A stretch of 64,000 nt of DNA from Octopus vulgaris (lineage: Eukaryota): assembly GCA_951406725.2 (NCBI GenBank), contig OX597828.1, positions 11,284,001-11,348,000 of the forward strand. Direction: 5' to 3'. Each line of letters begins with the position of its first letter. Position 1 is the stretch's first letter. The position numbers and the translations under genes were made by a program. Below the pieces are notes generated by a model, which worked only from the letters and a program-made list of their open reading frames with translations, was not told the DNA's origin and did no database searches. Shown here in pieces: positions 16,616-29,994 of this stretch.

Positions 16616-17951
16616 TTAAAAAAAACAAGCTGACATCAGCTCTTGTTGCGGGTGATAAAGCCTGCATGCTTGAAGAATTTTACCCACAACAAATGAGAAA
16701 AAAAATATCCAGCATTTGATAGCACGAGAAAATGAATTTGGTCGATATCTTCCTGAACTCAACGGTGAAAAGCTGGATTTAGCTAGAAATCCATTAAGTT
16801 GTCAGTTGGGAAGTTCCTGATGATTGTCAAGATGCACTTCTAAAGCTGGAGAACATTTTAAGAGCAAGAAATATAGTCGATGAAAAATCAATCAATAGTT
16901 TGACTGTTGATGTGTGGTTCCTACCCAAAAGTGGCGGAAAGAGCAATACACGATTTGCTTCAATTTCTGTCAATATGTCACTGTGATTCAAGCTTTTCAA
17001 CGGCATGGCTAGTGAAAGCAAATTCATAAAATAGACTGCGTTATATCCTTTCAAGCACTCCTCAGCACATTTTCTTCTGTATAAAATTAAGCACAGTACC
17101 CTGGTATTTTGTTGAGGTTTTGCTTATTGAAGTATGTTTCAGTAATTATGTGAAGTAATCTATATTATTCTGCAAAAGTTTACGCATGCAACGCTTTGAA
17201 CAGACAATTTCTTAATTATAGAACTTTTACATTATTCAAAAGGTCATTGACTGATAAAGCAAAAAAGATAGAAGACATATATTTTCGATACAACATTGAT
17301 ATTATTTAAATTATTCAGAAGACTATTCAGTGGTAAATATTTTAAAACTAACTGTGATACAGGTCTTACTGACGTGTATGTACATACATACATACATACA
17401 TACATACATACATCATTTTAGAATCCACAGCACTGTGCAGTAACTATGATACTTCGTCCACTGGGATTGTGGACTCATGTCCAACTATGTATTGCTTTTT
17501 CTGACAATAAGGATGTAGTACATCGCATTTACGAATTATAAAGTATAACAAGATGGTTATCCCACAGCAGAAAAAAATTATAGATAGATAATTAAATTAT
17601 TTTACTATGGCACAACTATGTTAATGACGTATAAACAAATCATAATGCGCTGTGCGACATGTTTTATTTTTTCGACATAGGATTAAATTTGACAATATAG
17701 TTACGGTGGAAAGGCAAAGAAAAGCAGCGAGAAAACGGATTAGAAGATACAGCGGAAAAGTAAATGAAGGAGGGAGATTTCAAATATATCATAAATTCTA
17801 AGACGTTCTAAGTTCAACAAATGAAAGAAGCTGGCTGAAACAAAACAAAAATTATCGAAAGAAAATAATATTTAGAAAAGAAAGAAGACAAAGAAACACA
17901 AACAGAATCCTCAAAAATAATTATCTAAATGTAATTAACGGATTTAATATT

Positions 17952-18725
17952 CTTTTCTACTCTAGGTACAGAGCCTGACATTTTAAAGGGAGGGGGCCAG
18001 TCGATTACATCGACCCCCAGAACGCAACTGGTTCTTAATTTATCGACCCCGAAAGGATGAAAGGCAAAGTCGACCTCGGCGGAATTTGAACTCAGAACGT
18101 AAAGACAGACAAAATACCTATTTCTTTACTACCCACAAGGGGCCAAACACAGAGAGGACAAACAAGGACAGACATAGGTATTAAGTCGATTACATCGACC
18201 ACAGTGCGTAACTGGTACTTAATTTATCGACCCCGAAAGGATGAAAGGCAAAGTCGACCTCGGCGGAATTTGAACTCAGAACGTAACGGCAGACGAAATA
18301 CCTATTTCTTTACTACCCACAAGGAGCTAAACACAGAGAGGACAAACAAGGACAGACAAAGGGATTAAGTCGATTACATCGACCACAGTGCGTAACTGGT
18401 ACTTATTTAATCGACCCTGAAAGGATGAAAGGCAAAGTCGACCTCGGCGGAATTTGAACTCGGAACGTAGCGGCAGATTAAATACCTATTTTTTTATCAC
18501 CCACAAGGGGCTAAACACAGAGAAGACAAACAAGGACAGACAAAGGGATTAAGTCGATTATATCGACCCCAGTGCGTAACTGGTACTTAATTTATCGACC
18601 CCGAAATGATGAAAGGCAAAGTCGACCTCAGCGGAATTTGAACTCAGAACGCAGCGGCAGACGAAATACCGCTAAGCATTTTTCCCAGCTTGCTAATGTT
18701 TCTCTCAGCTCGCCGCCTTATATCA
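17952..18725 (-). mobile_element. SINE-B multimer: one head, three 184 bp B1 units and a terminal B2 unit
   Basis: Unit junctions (cctattt) at 18117, 18301 and 18485. The whole structure is flanked by gatttaatatt (17941-17951 and 18726-18736). Confidence 0.92.
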
Positions 18726-18929
18726 GATTTAATATTGTCCCTATGAATACATCATGCTCTCACTGTAAAGTAGTTTGCTTCAGGGACGAATTACACATTT
18801 TATTCAAAAATGGAAAAGTGGACATCGTGTCACTGCAGTTTTAACCACAAGTTCTTCATACTTTTCTTGAAGGAGACACTAGTAAAAACATTAATTTCAG
18901 AAACAGTATTTGCAGTTACAATACAGCAT

Positions 18930-20165
18930 TCTTGATTAAGTCAATTTGTGCAAAATATTCGGAAATCTCAAGGAAAAGATACCAATTGTTTTAAAATGCG
19001 AAGTCAAATGTATCAGTACACAATAAGCCTTCATCCACAAAATGAACAAGCAACCGAGAGAATTCAGGCAGATGATACACATCTAATCGCATGATTCTAA
19101 CTTGACAATGAAGATCCCAACGCACACTGTTATCAGTAGCCTTATATCCCTATTCATTATGTCTTCGTGAAAAATAAAGACGCAGAGGATCTTACAGTTG
19201 TCTGTGAAATGTAAATAGTATCAGAAATTCAGAGAAATTTCATACAACTTCTACGAGTTCACGTTCCCGGTGCTATAAATTTTGAATATTTAAAATCAGT
19301 TAATGGAATTCTCGGAAATACAATCAAAGATGCTTGCATGATGCGTTATCTATTAAGCAATGATGCTAACTGTATTAATGCACTGAGGCATCTGTGTTTC
19401 AAGTGCTTCGACAGTTGTTTGCAGTATTTGCACAGTATTTGCAACAATAAGTGCTTATTGTCAACCAACCAATGCACTTCAGCGCTGAGAAATGTATAGA
19501 CATGCAATGATCGAAAATTACTAAGAACAGGATCACGAGAGATTGGAAAATGAAGCTTCGCATTTAATCAATATTGTTCTCGTTGAAAATGGAAAGAGTT
19601 GTTCAAAAGTTGATTTATCTGAAATATCTGGAAATGTAAACGTAACCGAGGGATCCTTTCGGTTTGAACGGCAGTTTTTAAAATAATTTCCAGGTAACTA
19701 AACACTTTTAAACTTCGTATACTGGTAGAATGTGTTTATAAAACCTCATTTTCTCTTGGCTTTATTGAGAAAATTCTGTAGTTTGTAAGATATTTGTTGT
19801 TGTTTTTTCTTCAATTTCTGCAATTTCAACCAATCAATGACGTATATTGAGGTGAAAACATTCTGTGCCGTATGAATATGTCCCTCGTTTAAGAAACAGA
19901 TTGGGTTTATTTACATTTCTGAAGAAAAAAAGATACCCGTCCCCCCACCCCCCCCACCCCTAACCCCAAAACAGATTGAAATGCAATAGATCGATACTAG
20001 GGTCATAATTATGGGTGACAATTTCATATGACACCGCTAGAAAAAACTGCCGTTCAAACCGAAAAGATCCTAACCGAGATACAGTTATATCAGTAATACC
20101 AGCAATTTATCTACAAACCAACGCCCAGAGAGAAATTGTGACTCTCGTTATTAACGCTGTCCCAA
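18930..20165 (+). pseudogene. Decayed Helitron RepHel fragment (Rep-helicase linker), interrupted by a MITE
   Basis: From 19257 it reads VHVPGAINFEYLKSVNGILGNTIKDACMMRYLLSNDANCINAL, then LRQLFAV and AYCQPTNAL; upstream it reads EDPNA..IPIHYVF. This matches the Helitron motif 'LHVPGPTSFEDLRTVNG...ACIARGLL.DD..W...L...LRQLFA' as I recall it. Confidence 0.85.
19651..20070. mobile_element. MITE with ~29 bp TIR and 8 bp TSD (Merlin-like)
   Basis: TIR ggatc(c/t)tttcggtttgaacggcagttttt; TSD taaccgag at 19643-19650 and 20071-20078. Confidence 0.93.
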
Positions 20166-20515
20166 GGGGAGTCAGCGCTAACCAAAGAATGAATGAATGG
20201 GAGTCTCTCGTAGTCTGGGAGAAAGACGGTTCTGCAATTTATTACTGAACAACCTGCACCAATTATTTATTTACTGTAATCAAATGTTTGTGTTCTACAT
20301 CAGCTCACCGTCCTCCATCAAAACAGCGTTGCGTGAACAGGTGTACGGTATACCAAAAGTCAGGTTTCGAAGTCATCACAAAATAAGTAGGGATTAAGTG
20401 TTTTTTATTCAAGAATACAACGCACTACCCAGTCCAGTAATTGAAATCACGATCTTGCGACCTTATGTGCAGCACTCTAACCACTAGGCCACGCACTCTC
20501 TCACAAACTTATATC

Positions 20516-20587
<72 letters not shown>

Positions 20588-20595
20588 TGTGAGTG

Positions 20596-20632
<37 letters not shown>

Positions 20633-20633
20633 G

Positions 20634-20676
<43 letters not shown>

Positions 20677-20683
20677 GTATGTG

Positions 20684-20927
20684 TACGAAATACCTATTTC
20701 TTTACTACCCACAAGGGGCTAAATACAGAGAGGACAAACAAGGACAGACAAACGGATTAAGTCGATTGTATCGACCCCAGTGCGTAACTGGTAATTATTT
20801 AATCGACCCTAAAAGGATGAAATCAAAGTCGACCTCGGCGGAATTTGAACTCAGAACGTAGCGGCAGACGAAATACCGCTAAGCATTTCGCCCGGTGTGC
20901 TAACGATTCTACCAGCTCACCGCCTTA
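20684..20927 (-). mobile_element. SINE-B1, full length
   Basis: Head, central domain and a tail ending aaagaaata followed by ggtatttcgt on the minus strand. Confidence 0.9.
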
Positions 20928-21440
20928 CCAATTTAGTAATATTGCTCTAATGTGTATAAAGGCAGAAATATGTTCATAAATTATACAGAAGCGAAGTCCA
21001 ATAAACGGCAATGTTTATCGTAGTATGGCAGACTATTAAAGTGAATGAAGTCAACGGAATAAATATTCTATTTGACTATATGGAATTAATATAACAACAC
21101 TGTGTAACACGATTTTTGTTCTTCAGTAGCAACTGTTATTTCCTATTTGCTTGCGCCTAGAAAGTATGAAAAATAGATAATAGTTCCTTCAAACTTCGCT
21201 CCACCACTTCTGCTCATGGCCAGAGATGCACATATTATCAGCCGCAAAGGGACATGCTCAAGTGGTTAATGTCAAGCAACGGACAAGCAAATCTGTGGCA
21301 TTGAGCAGAATATTTGCTATAACGACATTCCTGTTTCAGCAACCCAACGCTGAATTTGTCTGAAATATAATGGAAATTAGGTCCATTTCAATATATTGAA
21401 GCCCAGGTCACAAAAGATTGAAGAGAATGGTAGTCATTTC

Positions 21441-21854
21441 GGATCTTTTCGGTTTGAACGGCAGTTTTTTCTAGCGGTGTCATATGAAATTGTCACCCAT
21501 AATTATGACCCTAGTATCGATCTATTGCATTTCAATCTATTTTAGGGTTGGGGTTAGGGGTGGGGGGAAGGGTATCTTTTTTTCTTCACAAATGTAAATA
21601 AACCCAATCTGTTTCTTAAACGAGGGACATATTCATACGGCACAGAATGTTTTTACCTCAAATACATCAGTGATTGGTTGAAATTGCAGAAATTGAAGAA
21701 AAAAACAACAAATATCTTACAAACTATAGAATTTTCTCAATAAAGCCAAGAGAAAAAGATGTTTTATAAACACATTCTACCAGTATACGAAGTTTAAAAG
21801 TGTTTAGTTACCTAGAAATTATGTTAAAAACTGCCGTTCAAACCGAAAAGACCC
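21441..21854. mobile_element. MITE copy 2 (opposite orientation)
   Basis: Same TIRs; TSD gtcatttc at 21433-21440 and 21855-21862. Confidence 0.93.
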
Positions 21855-22058
21855 GTCATTTCTTTTGATTTCAGGACAGAAATAAATAGGAAATTTGTTA
21901 TTACTATGAATAGCTCTTCTGTAAAAAGAGGGTGATTTTAAAGAAGGTGACTTGGAAGATTGGATGAGATTATTTTCAATGTGTTACTGTATCCGCGATG
22001 ACATCATTTGGCTCACGCTGGATTAGTCTCCATATTGTCAATACTTACTATATATGCC

Positions 22059-22218
22059 TAGGAATGGCTGTGTGGTAAGTAGCTTGCTTACCAACAATAT
22101 GGTTCTGGGTTCAGTCCCAATGCGTGCACCCTGGGCAAGTGTCTTCTACTATAGCCTCGAGCCGACCAAAGCCTCGTGAGTGGATTTGGTAAACGGAAAC
22201 TGAAAGAAGCCCGTCGTA

Positions 22219-22309
<91 letters not shown>

Positions 22310-22543
22310 GTGTATATGTTTGTGTGTCTGTGTTTGTCACCTCAACATTGCTTGACAACCGATGCTGGTGTGTTTACGTCCCCGTAACTTAGCGGTTCGG
22401 CAAAAGAGACCGATAGAATAAGTACTAGGCTTACAAAGAATAAGTCCTGGGGTCGATTTGCTCGACTAAAGGCGGTGCTCCAGCATGGCCACATTCAAAT
22501 GACTGAAACAAGTAGAAGAGTAAAGAGTAAAAGAGTAAAGAGT
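22059..22543 (+). mobile_element. SINE-A, full length
   Basis: Colinear with the family; (gagtaaa)n tail. Confidence 0.93.
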
Positions 22544-22899
22544 ATAGTACTATGTAAATAATTAGTTTGGTCGCTGCATTCAAGCATGCAAACCATTTTA
22601 ATTGCTTTACAATACTGATTATACTGACTGACCAAGAACAGTAAAACTATTGGATTGTCTGATAAATTGGTTCGTTCCTCCCCACCCCACCTCCTTAACT
22701 TGGCACTCCATCGTCATCTGGTCATCGTCATCTGTCTGAAAAGAAGTTAAATTTATTCAGATTTCAAAAACGATAAACAAGAATTTTAGAAGAAAAAAAA
22801 GAACTACAACAAAGAAAACAAGGAAAAAAAAACCATGAACACTCCTATAAAATCTTTTTGTGTCAGTTGAAATAACATTGGAAAGGTTAAAATGATTTT

Positions 22900-23272
22900 A
22901 TCTTTTTATCTTTTATTTGTTTCAGTCATTACCTTGCGGTAATGCTGGAGCACCACCTTTAGTCGAGCAAGTCGACCCCAGGACTTATTCTTTGTAAGCC
23001 TGGTACTTATCCTATCGGTCACTTTTGCCGAACCACTAGGTTACGGGGACGTAAACACACCACCATCGGTGTCTGTGTTTGGTCCCTCCAACATCGCTTG
23101 ACAACCGATGCTGGTGTGTTTACGTCCCTGTAACTTAGCAGTTCGGCAAAAGAGACCGATAGAATAAGTACTAGGCTTACAAAAAATAAGTCCTGGGATC
23201 GATTTACTCGACTAAAGACGGTGCTCCAGCATATTCGCAGTCAAATGACTGAAACAAGTAAAAGAGAGTAAA

Positions 23273-23308
<36 letters not shown>

Positions 23309-23412
23309 AATTTAGGCATTTCAAGTAAATAAGTCCTGGGGTCGATTTGCTCGACTAAAGGCAGTGCTCCAGAATGGCTGCAGTCAAATGACTGAAACAA
23401 GTAAAAGAGTAA
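22900..23412. mobile_element. Rearranged SINE-A halves (minus, plus, plus)
   Basis: Minus 3' half at about 22900-23070, plus 3' half at 23071-23274, extra tail at 23328-23412. Confidence 0.85.
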
Positions 23413-23554
23413 CAGAGAGAGAGTGACTTCTATATACATTTTTCGCTGTCACCAATACATTTTCTGTAAAACTGTTTTGAATGCATGTCTATATATAAAT
23501 AACTTTCAATAATAAAGTTCTTTGATGAACTGTAATTAAATTAAATTAGATCTG

Positions 23555-23673
23555 TAGGCATGGCTGGGTGGTTAAGAAGCTTGCTTTGCAACCATGTCAA
23601 TTCGGGATCAATTCCACTGCGTGGCACCTTGTGGGTGAATTTGATAGACAGAAAATGTGCGGAAGCCTGCCAC

Positions 23674-23733
<60 letters not shown>

Positions 23734-24036
23734 ATGTATGTATGTATGTATGTATGCATGTGGTGTGCGTGTGTGAGTATATGTATGTGTGTTTGTGTGC
23801 GTGTGTGCGTGTGTGCGTGTGTGCGTGTGTGCGTGCGTGTCTAAGTTTTCACCCATGGCTAAATAACTGGCGTTCGTTTGTTTACTTCTCCATAACCTAA
23901 CGGTTCAGCAAAAAAGTTTATATAATAAGTGCCAAACTTTAAAAAAAAATAAGTGTTATGGTCGATTTATTAGACGAAACCCTTCCAAGTGGTGCCCCAG
24001 CATCGTCGCAGTCCAATGACTGAGGCAAGTAAAAGT
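23555..24036 (+). mobile_element. SINE-A, old copy
   Basis: Diverged head, internal microsatellite and tail. Confidence 0.8.
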
Positions 24037-24879
24037 TTAAAAACCATACAGATTCTCCCTTCCGATTTAGCTAAATCTGCCTAAGGATGTTTGTTACCAG
24101 GGTTCGTTTTCGAATAACGGAATTCGTAAGTACTGCATAATCACCTGCTCCCTATATATGCCATAATATGACACGTCGTCCGTTTAAAAATGATACTGAC
24201 AGGTTTATAATAAATTTGGAGTGAATTTTATTATATCAAAGTACCCAAGAAACTTTACCCATCACATTAGGAAGATTTATTACTCTTATTTCGGATGTAT
24301 TTCGGATGTGCCATTAGTAATGAGGACAACATATGGGTGCCACATGTTTGTTGGTAAACTGTACTTGGAATTGATGAAAATTTATTTTTTCAATGTGATG
24401 CAAATGTGTCAGAATTTGGAGAGAATAAATAAATCACACCAGGCATTGTTACTTTTGTATGATCATGAGAAAAGGGGACACACACGCACACACAGAAGCA
24501 AGAAGAGTATTTCTTATCCAAATTAGCATCCCATTATTTGTCATGAGCTCAGATTACCTCATCAAATCATCTACCATTTTTCTGATAATGACTTTAATGT
24601 TATATCGGATCAACGGAAAATCAAGAACTGAGTTTGAACGAGATAACGAATTCTAGGAGAGGTTACATTTTAGCACTTAAATGACATTAACACAACAAAT
24701 AGCCTTGTACGTAGTTTAAACTTAAAATTAAAAATGGTACCTCATGACATCACACATATAAGAGTGGACTTACTGGGTACAATGACCAAGATAACAACAC
24801 ACCATCATCAAAAATCGTAATAGCTAGACACAGTCTTTCTGTAAGATGGTGATTTCTGTCTCTGTACCAATCATTTCTT

Positions 24880-25292
24880 GTGGTGAACTGGCAGAAATTT
24901 TAGCACGCCGGACGAAATGATTAGCAGTATTTCGTCTGCCGCTACGTTCTGAGTTCAAATTCCGCCGAGGTTGACTTTGTTTTTCATCCTTTCGGGGTCG
25001 ATTAAATAAGTACCAGTTACGCACTGGGATCGATATAATCAATTTAATCCGTATGTCTGTTCCTGTTTGTCCCTTCTGTGTTTAGCCCCTTGTGGGTAAT
25101 AAAGAAATAGGTATTTCGTCTGTGTTTACGTTCTGAGTTCAAATTCCGCCGAGGTCAACTCCCCCGTGGCCGATTTTACCTTTCATCCTCCCTGGGTCGA
25201 TAAAATAAATACCCGTTGAACACGAGTCCATGAAATCGACTTATTATCCCTTCCTAGAAATTGCTGGCCTTGTGACCAAATTTAAAACCATT
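24880..25292 (+). mobile_element. SINE-B dimer (B1 unit followed by a B2-type unit)
   Basis: Junction aaagaaata|ggtatttcgtctg at about 25109. Confidence 0.88.
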
Positions 25293-25392
25293 ATTTGGAA
25301 GCAGATTTCGATACCAGTGACAGGATATATTTTTTAAATGTCTCAAAGCAAAACATTGAAGTTCTGGTGATTCATAATATAGTTCGCAATCG

Positions 25393-25836
25393 TAGGATTG
25401 GCTGTGTGGTAAGTAGCTTGCTTACTAATCACATGGTTCCAGGTTCATTTCAAGTGTGTGGCACCTTGGGCAAGTGTCTTCTACTATAGCCTCGGGCCGA
25501 CCAAAGCTTTGTGGGTGGATTTGGTAGACGGAAAATGAGAGAATCCCGTCGTATATATGTATATATGTATATATATATGTGTGTGTGTATATGTTTGTGT
25601 GTCTGTGTTTGTCCCCCCAACATCGCTTGACAACCGATGCTGGTGTGTTTACGTCCTCGTAACTTAGTGATTCGTCAAAAGTGACCGATAGAATAAGTAC
25701 TATGCTCGACTAAGGGCGGTGCTCCAGCATGGCCACAGTCAAATGACTGAATCAAGTGAATGAGTAAAAAGTAAGTGTATATTCGCATATACGTCGTTGG
25801 TAAGCAACCTACTTACCACACAGCCACTCCTGCGCC
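25393..25836 (+). mobile_element. SINE-A plus an inverted head fragment
   Basis: Plus-strand copy at 25393-25770; minus-strand head at 25796-25836. Confidence 0.88.
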
Positions 25837-25859
25837 ACTTATATATATATTTTTCAAAT

Positions 25860-26240
25860 ATAACCACATGGGAATCGCTGGCGATTTTCTTCCTCCGTCT
25901 TTACTTCTATTGGACTTCTCTGTTTCCGAAGAAGAGCGTCTGCTAATACTTTACATGTACCACGTCCTTACGTTGTTGTGTTTTTTTCTGGTATTTATTA
26001 TATATATATGTGTGTGTGTGTGTTTGTGTGGCCGCGTGTGTATCGTTGGGGATTTTTTTCCTCCGTCTTCCCTTCCTTGGATCTTTCCTTTTCCTATGTT
26101 TCTGACGAAGAGCTCCGCTCGAAACGTTAAACCCTCCTCCCTTTCTTCTTTCCTGAGCGTCCAATAATACTATACTTGTTCCACATCTTCGCGTTGATGT
26201 GTTTTCTCTTTGTGTTTTCATGTTTGGATTAACTTTATAT
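25860..26240 (+). mobile_element. Penelope-like pseudo-LTR fragments, two related tandem copies
   Basis: gattt..tcctccgtctt...gaagagc...ctaatact is repeated at about 25880 and 26050; (TA)-flanked; contains a minimal hammerhead. Confidence 0.65.
26098..26132 (+). ncRNA. Minimal type I hammerhead ribozyme
   Basis: GTTT-CTGACGA-A-GAGC-tcc-GCTC-GAAACGTT-AAAC. Short palindromic helix III (AACGTT), as in Penelope-associated minimal hammerheads. Confidence 0.72.
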
Positions 26241-26899
26241 ATATGATTTACTATCATAGCATAAAATTTCAAGTTAGCAGAGAATGAGAAAAATGAATAG
26301 AAACATATAGAACAAAAAAAAACGTTTACTATTGTCTTGTCTACGTACGATTATCACAGCCACTGGCAAGTCAATAGCTGAATCATTTAACTGTCAATTT
26401 AAATGTCATCTGACATCATGTCTTATATCAGTTTACATTTATGTATGTATGTATTTCTTGTTTTATCGGATATCAATGCTACTTATAAAAACAGAAATAA
26501 AATTTGTTGATTAAACATATTGCATAAATATTTATATGCTAAAGAAAAAATATCAAATACATTATAAGCTAACGAAAAAGCGATCTGCTAGCGAGGGCAG
26601 AGAAATTTACCGCAAATAACACCGTACTGACATTAAAAAGTGTATATATTGGACAATGTCGTTGTAGATATGCTTAAGAATAAGAAATTATTCCATAGGG
26701 AATGCATTTGGTCATCGGTTCGCTCAGCTGAGGTTGAGCTGTGGCTAGATAACATCAAAATTTGCAAAAGCGTTAGAAATCTCATCTTTCTTGAAAGGAA
26801 ACTGAATAATGTCATACATACATACACTATTAAACTATATATGGACTGCATACATGCATACATAAGTACACTATTTAAAACTGTGCATACATGTACACT

Positions 26900-27294
26900 T
26901 ACTCTTTTACTCTTTTACTTGTTTCAGTCATTTGACTGCGGCCATACTGGAGCATCGCCTTTAGTCGAGCAAATCGACCCCAGGACTTATTCTTTGTAAG
27001 CCTAGTACTTATTCTATCGGTCTCTTTTGCCGAACCGCTAAGTTACGGGGACGTAAACACACCAGCATCGATTTTCAAGCGAGGCTGAGGGGGAGCAAGC
27101 ACAGATACACAAACATATACACACACACATATATACGACGGGCTTCTTTCAGTTTCCGTCTACCAAATGCACTCATAAAGCTTTGGTCAGCCCGAGGCTA
27201 TAGTAGAAGACACTTATCCAAGGTGCCACGCAGTGGGACTGTACCTGGGACCATGTGGTTGGTAAGCTAGCTACTTACCACACAGCCACTCCTA
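26900..27294 (-). mobile_element. SINE-A, full length
   Basis: Colinear reverse complement of the family. Confidence 0.93.
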
Positions 27295-27719
27295 CACTAT
27301 TAAACTATATTTGGACTGGGTGATTCAGAAGTTCGCGTTGGAATAATGAAGTTCCAGGTTCAATCCCCTTTCATGGATTGTCGGACAAGTGTCATAGGGT
27401 CACCCAAAACTTAGGAACCGGACTGAATTGACCGAAACACGAATGGAAACCTATTGGTTGTTAGATCCTACCTATAATTCAAAGAGACAGTTTTGTCATA
27501 CACTACGACGTCCTAATTCTACTTGAGGATTATATTAAGAGTACACATGCCTGTAGGATACTCAGCCCCTTTATATCCCGATTTAATAATTAAGTAGTTC
27601 TGTTGATCGAACATAGGACATCCATCGTCGAAACCAACGGAGATCCATTTTATAATACGTGGTGAAAAAAAAGGCATACGTTTAGAAAGTGTTTGATCAT
27701 AGGTCTACGTTTGTAACCG

Positions 27720-28370
27720 CTGATATTGTTGCAGATGTTATTGTTGTTGTGATTGCTGCTGCACTCGTTGGTGATGGTGGTGGTGATTGTAGTCTTACTT
27801 TGTTCTTGCTTTTTTGTTTTGTTATTTGTTTATTTTGGATATTTTTGTTGCTGCTGTTGTTGTTTTATTGCTATTAGAGTTAACTGTTACAGTTGTTATT
27901 TCTTAGATGCTGTTGCTAGTGCTTTTGTTGTTGCTTTTGTTGTTGTTGTTGTTGTTGATATTGTTATTGCTGAAGATGTTATTTGCAAACTGCACCTGAC
28001 ATTATACAGCCTTTTGTTGTTGTTCTTTTTTTACGCATGTTTCACAGTTTCCTCAGCTTCCCCCTCTCGCATCCTCTCTCACTCTCTCTCTCTCTCTCTC
28101 TCATTCTCTCTTACTCACTCTCTTATTCACTCTCTTACTTGCTCTCTCCTTGTCTTATTATTCCATCAGATTTTTAATCTTGTCACAGTTTATTTTTATT
28201 CCTTCCTTTATCTTTCACCTCTTTCTCTCTTTCGCTCTCACTCTCTCTCTTCTCACTTTCTCTCTCTCTCTTTCTCTCTCTGCCATTCACCCACTCTAGA
28301 TTTTCTGACACCTCTTCCTTCAGCCCCATTGCCTCTATCTGTCTGTCTCTCTCCCCTTTCTCCCTCTCCC

Positions 28371-28407
<37 letters not shown>

Positions 28408-28897
28408 ACATATATTAGATGTAATCTTACGCTTTCATATATGAATCGCATCTTACTTTTGTCCCTCACATTTTTCACTCTCTCTCTCTCTTTCTCACTG
28501 CCTCTCACTCTCTCACTCTCCTTCTCTGTGCTATGATGTAACACTACACTTTCACACATCTCCATCACCTCCTTCTACATCATCTCTCATTTTTTTAAAG
28601 AAAAAATTCTAAAAAAAGTATTCCAATTAATACTTCACGTGATTTTTTTTTCTTCTTTCCTTTTTTGTTTGTTTTTGTTTTTTGTTTTAGGTTTTTCTGC
28701 TTTTCTTTTGTTTGTTTTTGCTCTTTGAGTATCATGATATTATTCTCGCACCACCCACTCCTTCATCTCTATCATCATCACCACCTTCAACAAACCTTAT
28801 CATCATCACCAATACTACCATCATCATCAACATCATCATCACCTTCAACACCCTCATCATCGTCACCAACGTCATCACCCTCACCCAAACCAACGTT

Positions 28898-28928
<31 letters not shown>

Positions 28929-29091
28929 ATACCTACTCTTTTACTAGTGCTTATAATCATACATCCTTTTTTTCTTCTCCCCCCCTCTTATCTCCTAACA
29001 TTTTCTTTTCTCTCTAATTTTTCACATTACCTTCCTCTCTTTCTTTTCGTATTTATTTTACTTTTTTACAGCTGTCTTTATATTTTATTTA

Positions 29092-29130
<39 letters not shown>

Positions 29131-29270
29131 TTACATTTTTTTCCTGTTTTTAATTCTTCAGTTTCTTCTTCTCACCTCCACCTTCTTCTTGTTCTTTATC
29201 TTCGTAATTTCCTTTTACAATTTTTCCTCTCCTCTTACTTCTCCTCCTCCCACGTCTTCTTCTTTTCCAT
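27720..29270. repeat. Low-complexity field: (GTT)n, (CT)n, (TATC)n, (CAT)n, (TAT)n
   Basis: Direct reading of the sequence. Confidence 0.85.
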
Positions 29271-29379
29271 GACTTGCACTTATTTTATCGGAAAGGAAAG
29301 TTGACACAGGCACGATTTGAACATAAACAGACTTAACTAAGTACCAAAGGTTATTCTACCTGGCCATCTACCGATTCTA

Positions 29380-29939
29380 TTGGGTTGTCCGGAAAGTTCG
29401 TGCCGATTTAGAGTAGCTTACCTTTCGACTTATTTTAGAACATGGTTGAGTTCATAAAATAAGATTTGACTACACCTCCATTTAGAGCACAGTTTAAGCT
29501 ATCTTTTCGTGGAAGAAGGTTTATGTTCCTATAACCTGTGTCAATTCTGTAACCTTTTAAAATGGAAGATAAGAAAGTTCATTTTCGGCACTTGATGCTT
29601 TAGGAACCAGACAAAAATTGCTGCAGTTCGACTGTGATGTGTTACCTCACCCTCCATATTCACCAGGTATTGCTCCTTCGGATTTCCACTTATTCAAGTC
29701 TCTGCAGAATAGTCTTAATGGTAAAAATTTCAATTTCTTGGATGACGTAAAAAGATACCTTGATGAATTCTTTGCCATGAAACCACCTGAATTCTGGGAA
29801 GAGGGTATTTTCAAGTTAAAGGAAAGATGGAGACACATTGCGCAACAAAATGATTCATATTTGGTTGATTAAAAATGTAACGGCAAGTTGACCGTTTTCT
29901 TTCCTTTAAAAATCGGCAAGAACTTTCCGGACAACCCAA
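29380..29939 (+). mobile_element. Mariner internal-deletion derivative, copy 1
   Basis: TIR ttgggttgtccggaaagttcgtgccgattt with TA on the left. N-terminal MEDKKVHFRHLML is joined out of frame to C-terminal VLPHPPYSPGIAPSDFHLF...WEEGIFKLKERW (mariner YSPDLAPSD motif). Confidence 0.95.
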
Positions 29940-29994
29940 AAGTTGCCATAATTATGTCTAACAAAGGCTCATGACCAGGATTTTAAGAAGTGCT

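Noticed and set aside
18117-18670. Regular repeats suggestive of a CRISPR array or satellite
   Set aside because: The units are whole 184 bp SINE bodies with no unique spacers, there are no cas genes, and the context is eukaryotic.
26822-27318. tacactattaaactatat(a/t)tggactg repeated around a SINE-A as a long TSD
   Set aside because: The left copy ends ~50 bp before the SINE boundary; more likely a pre-existing local duplication.
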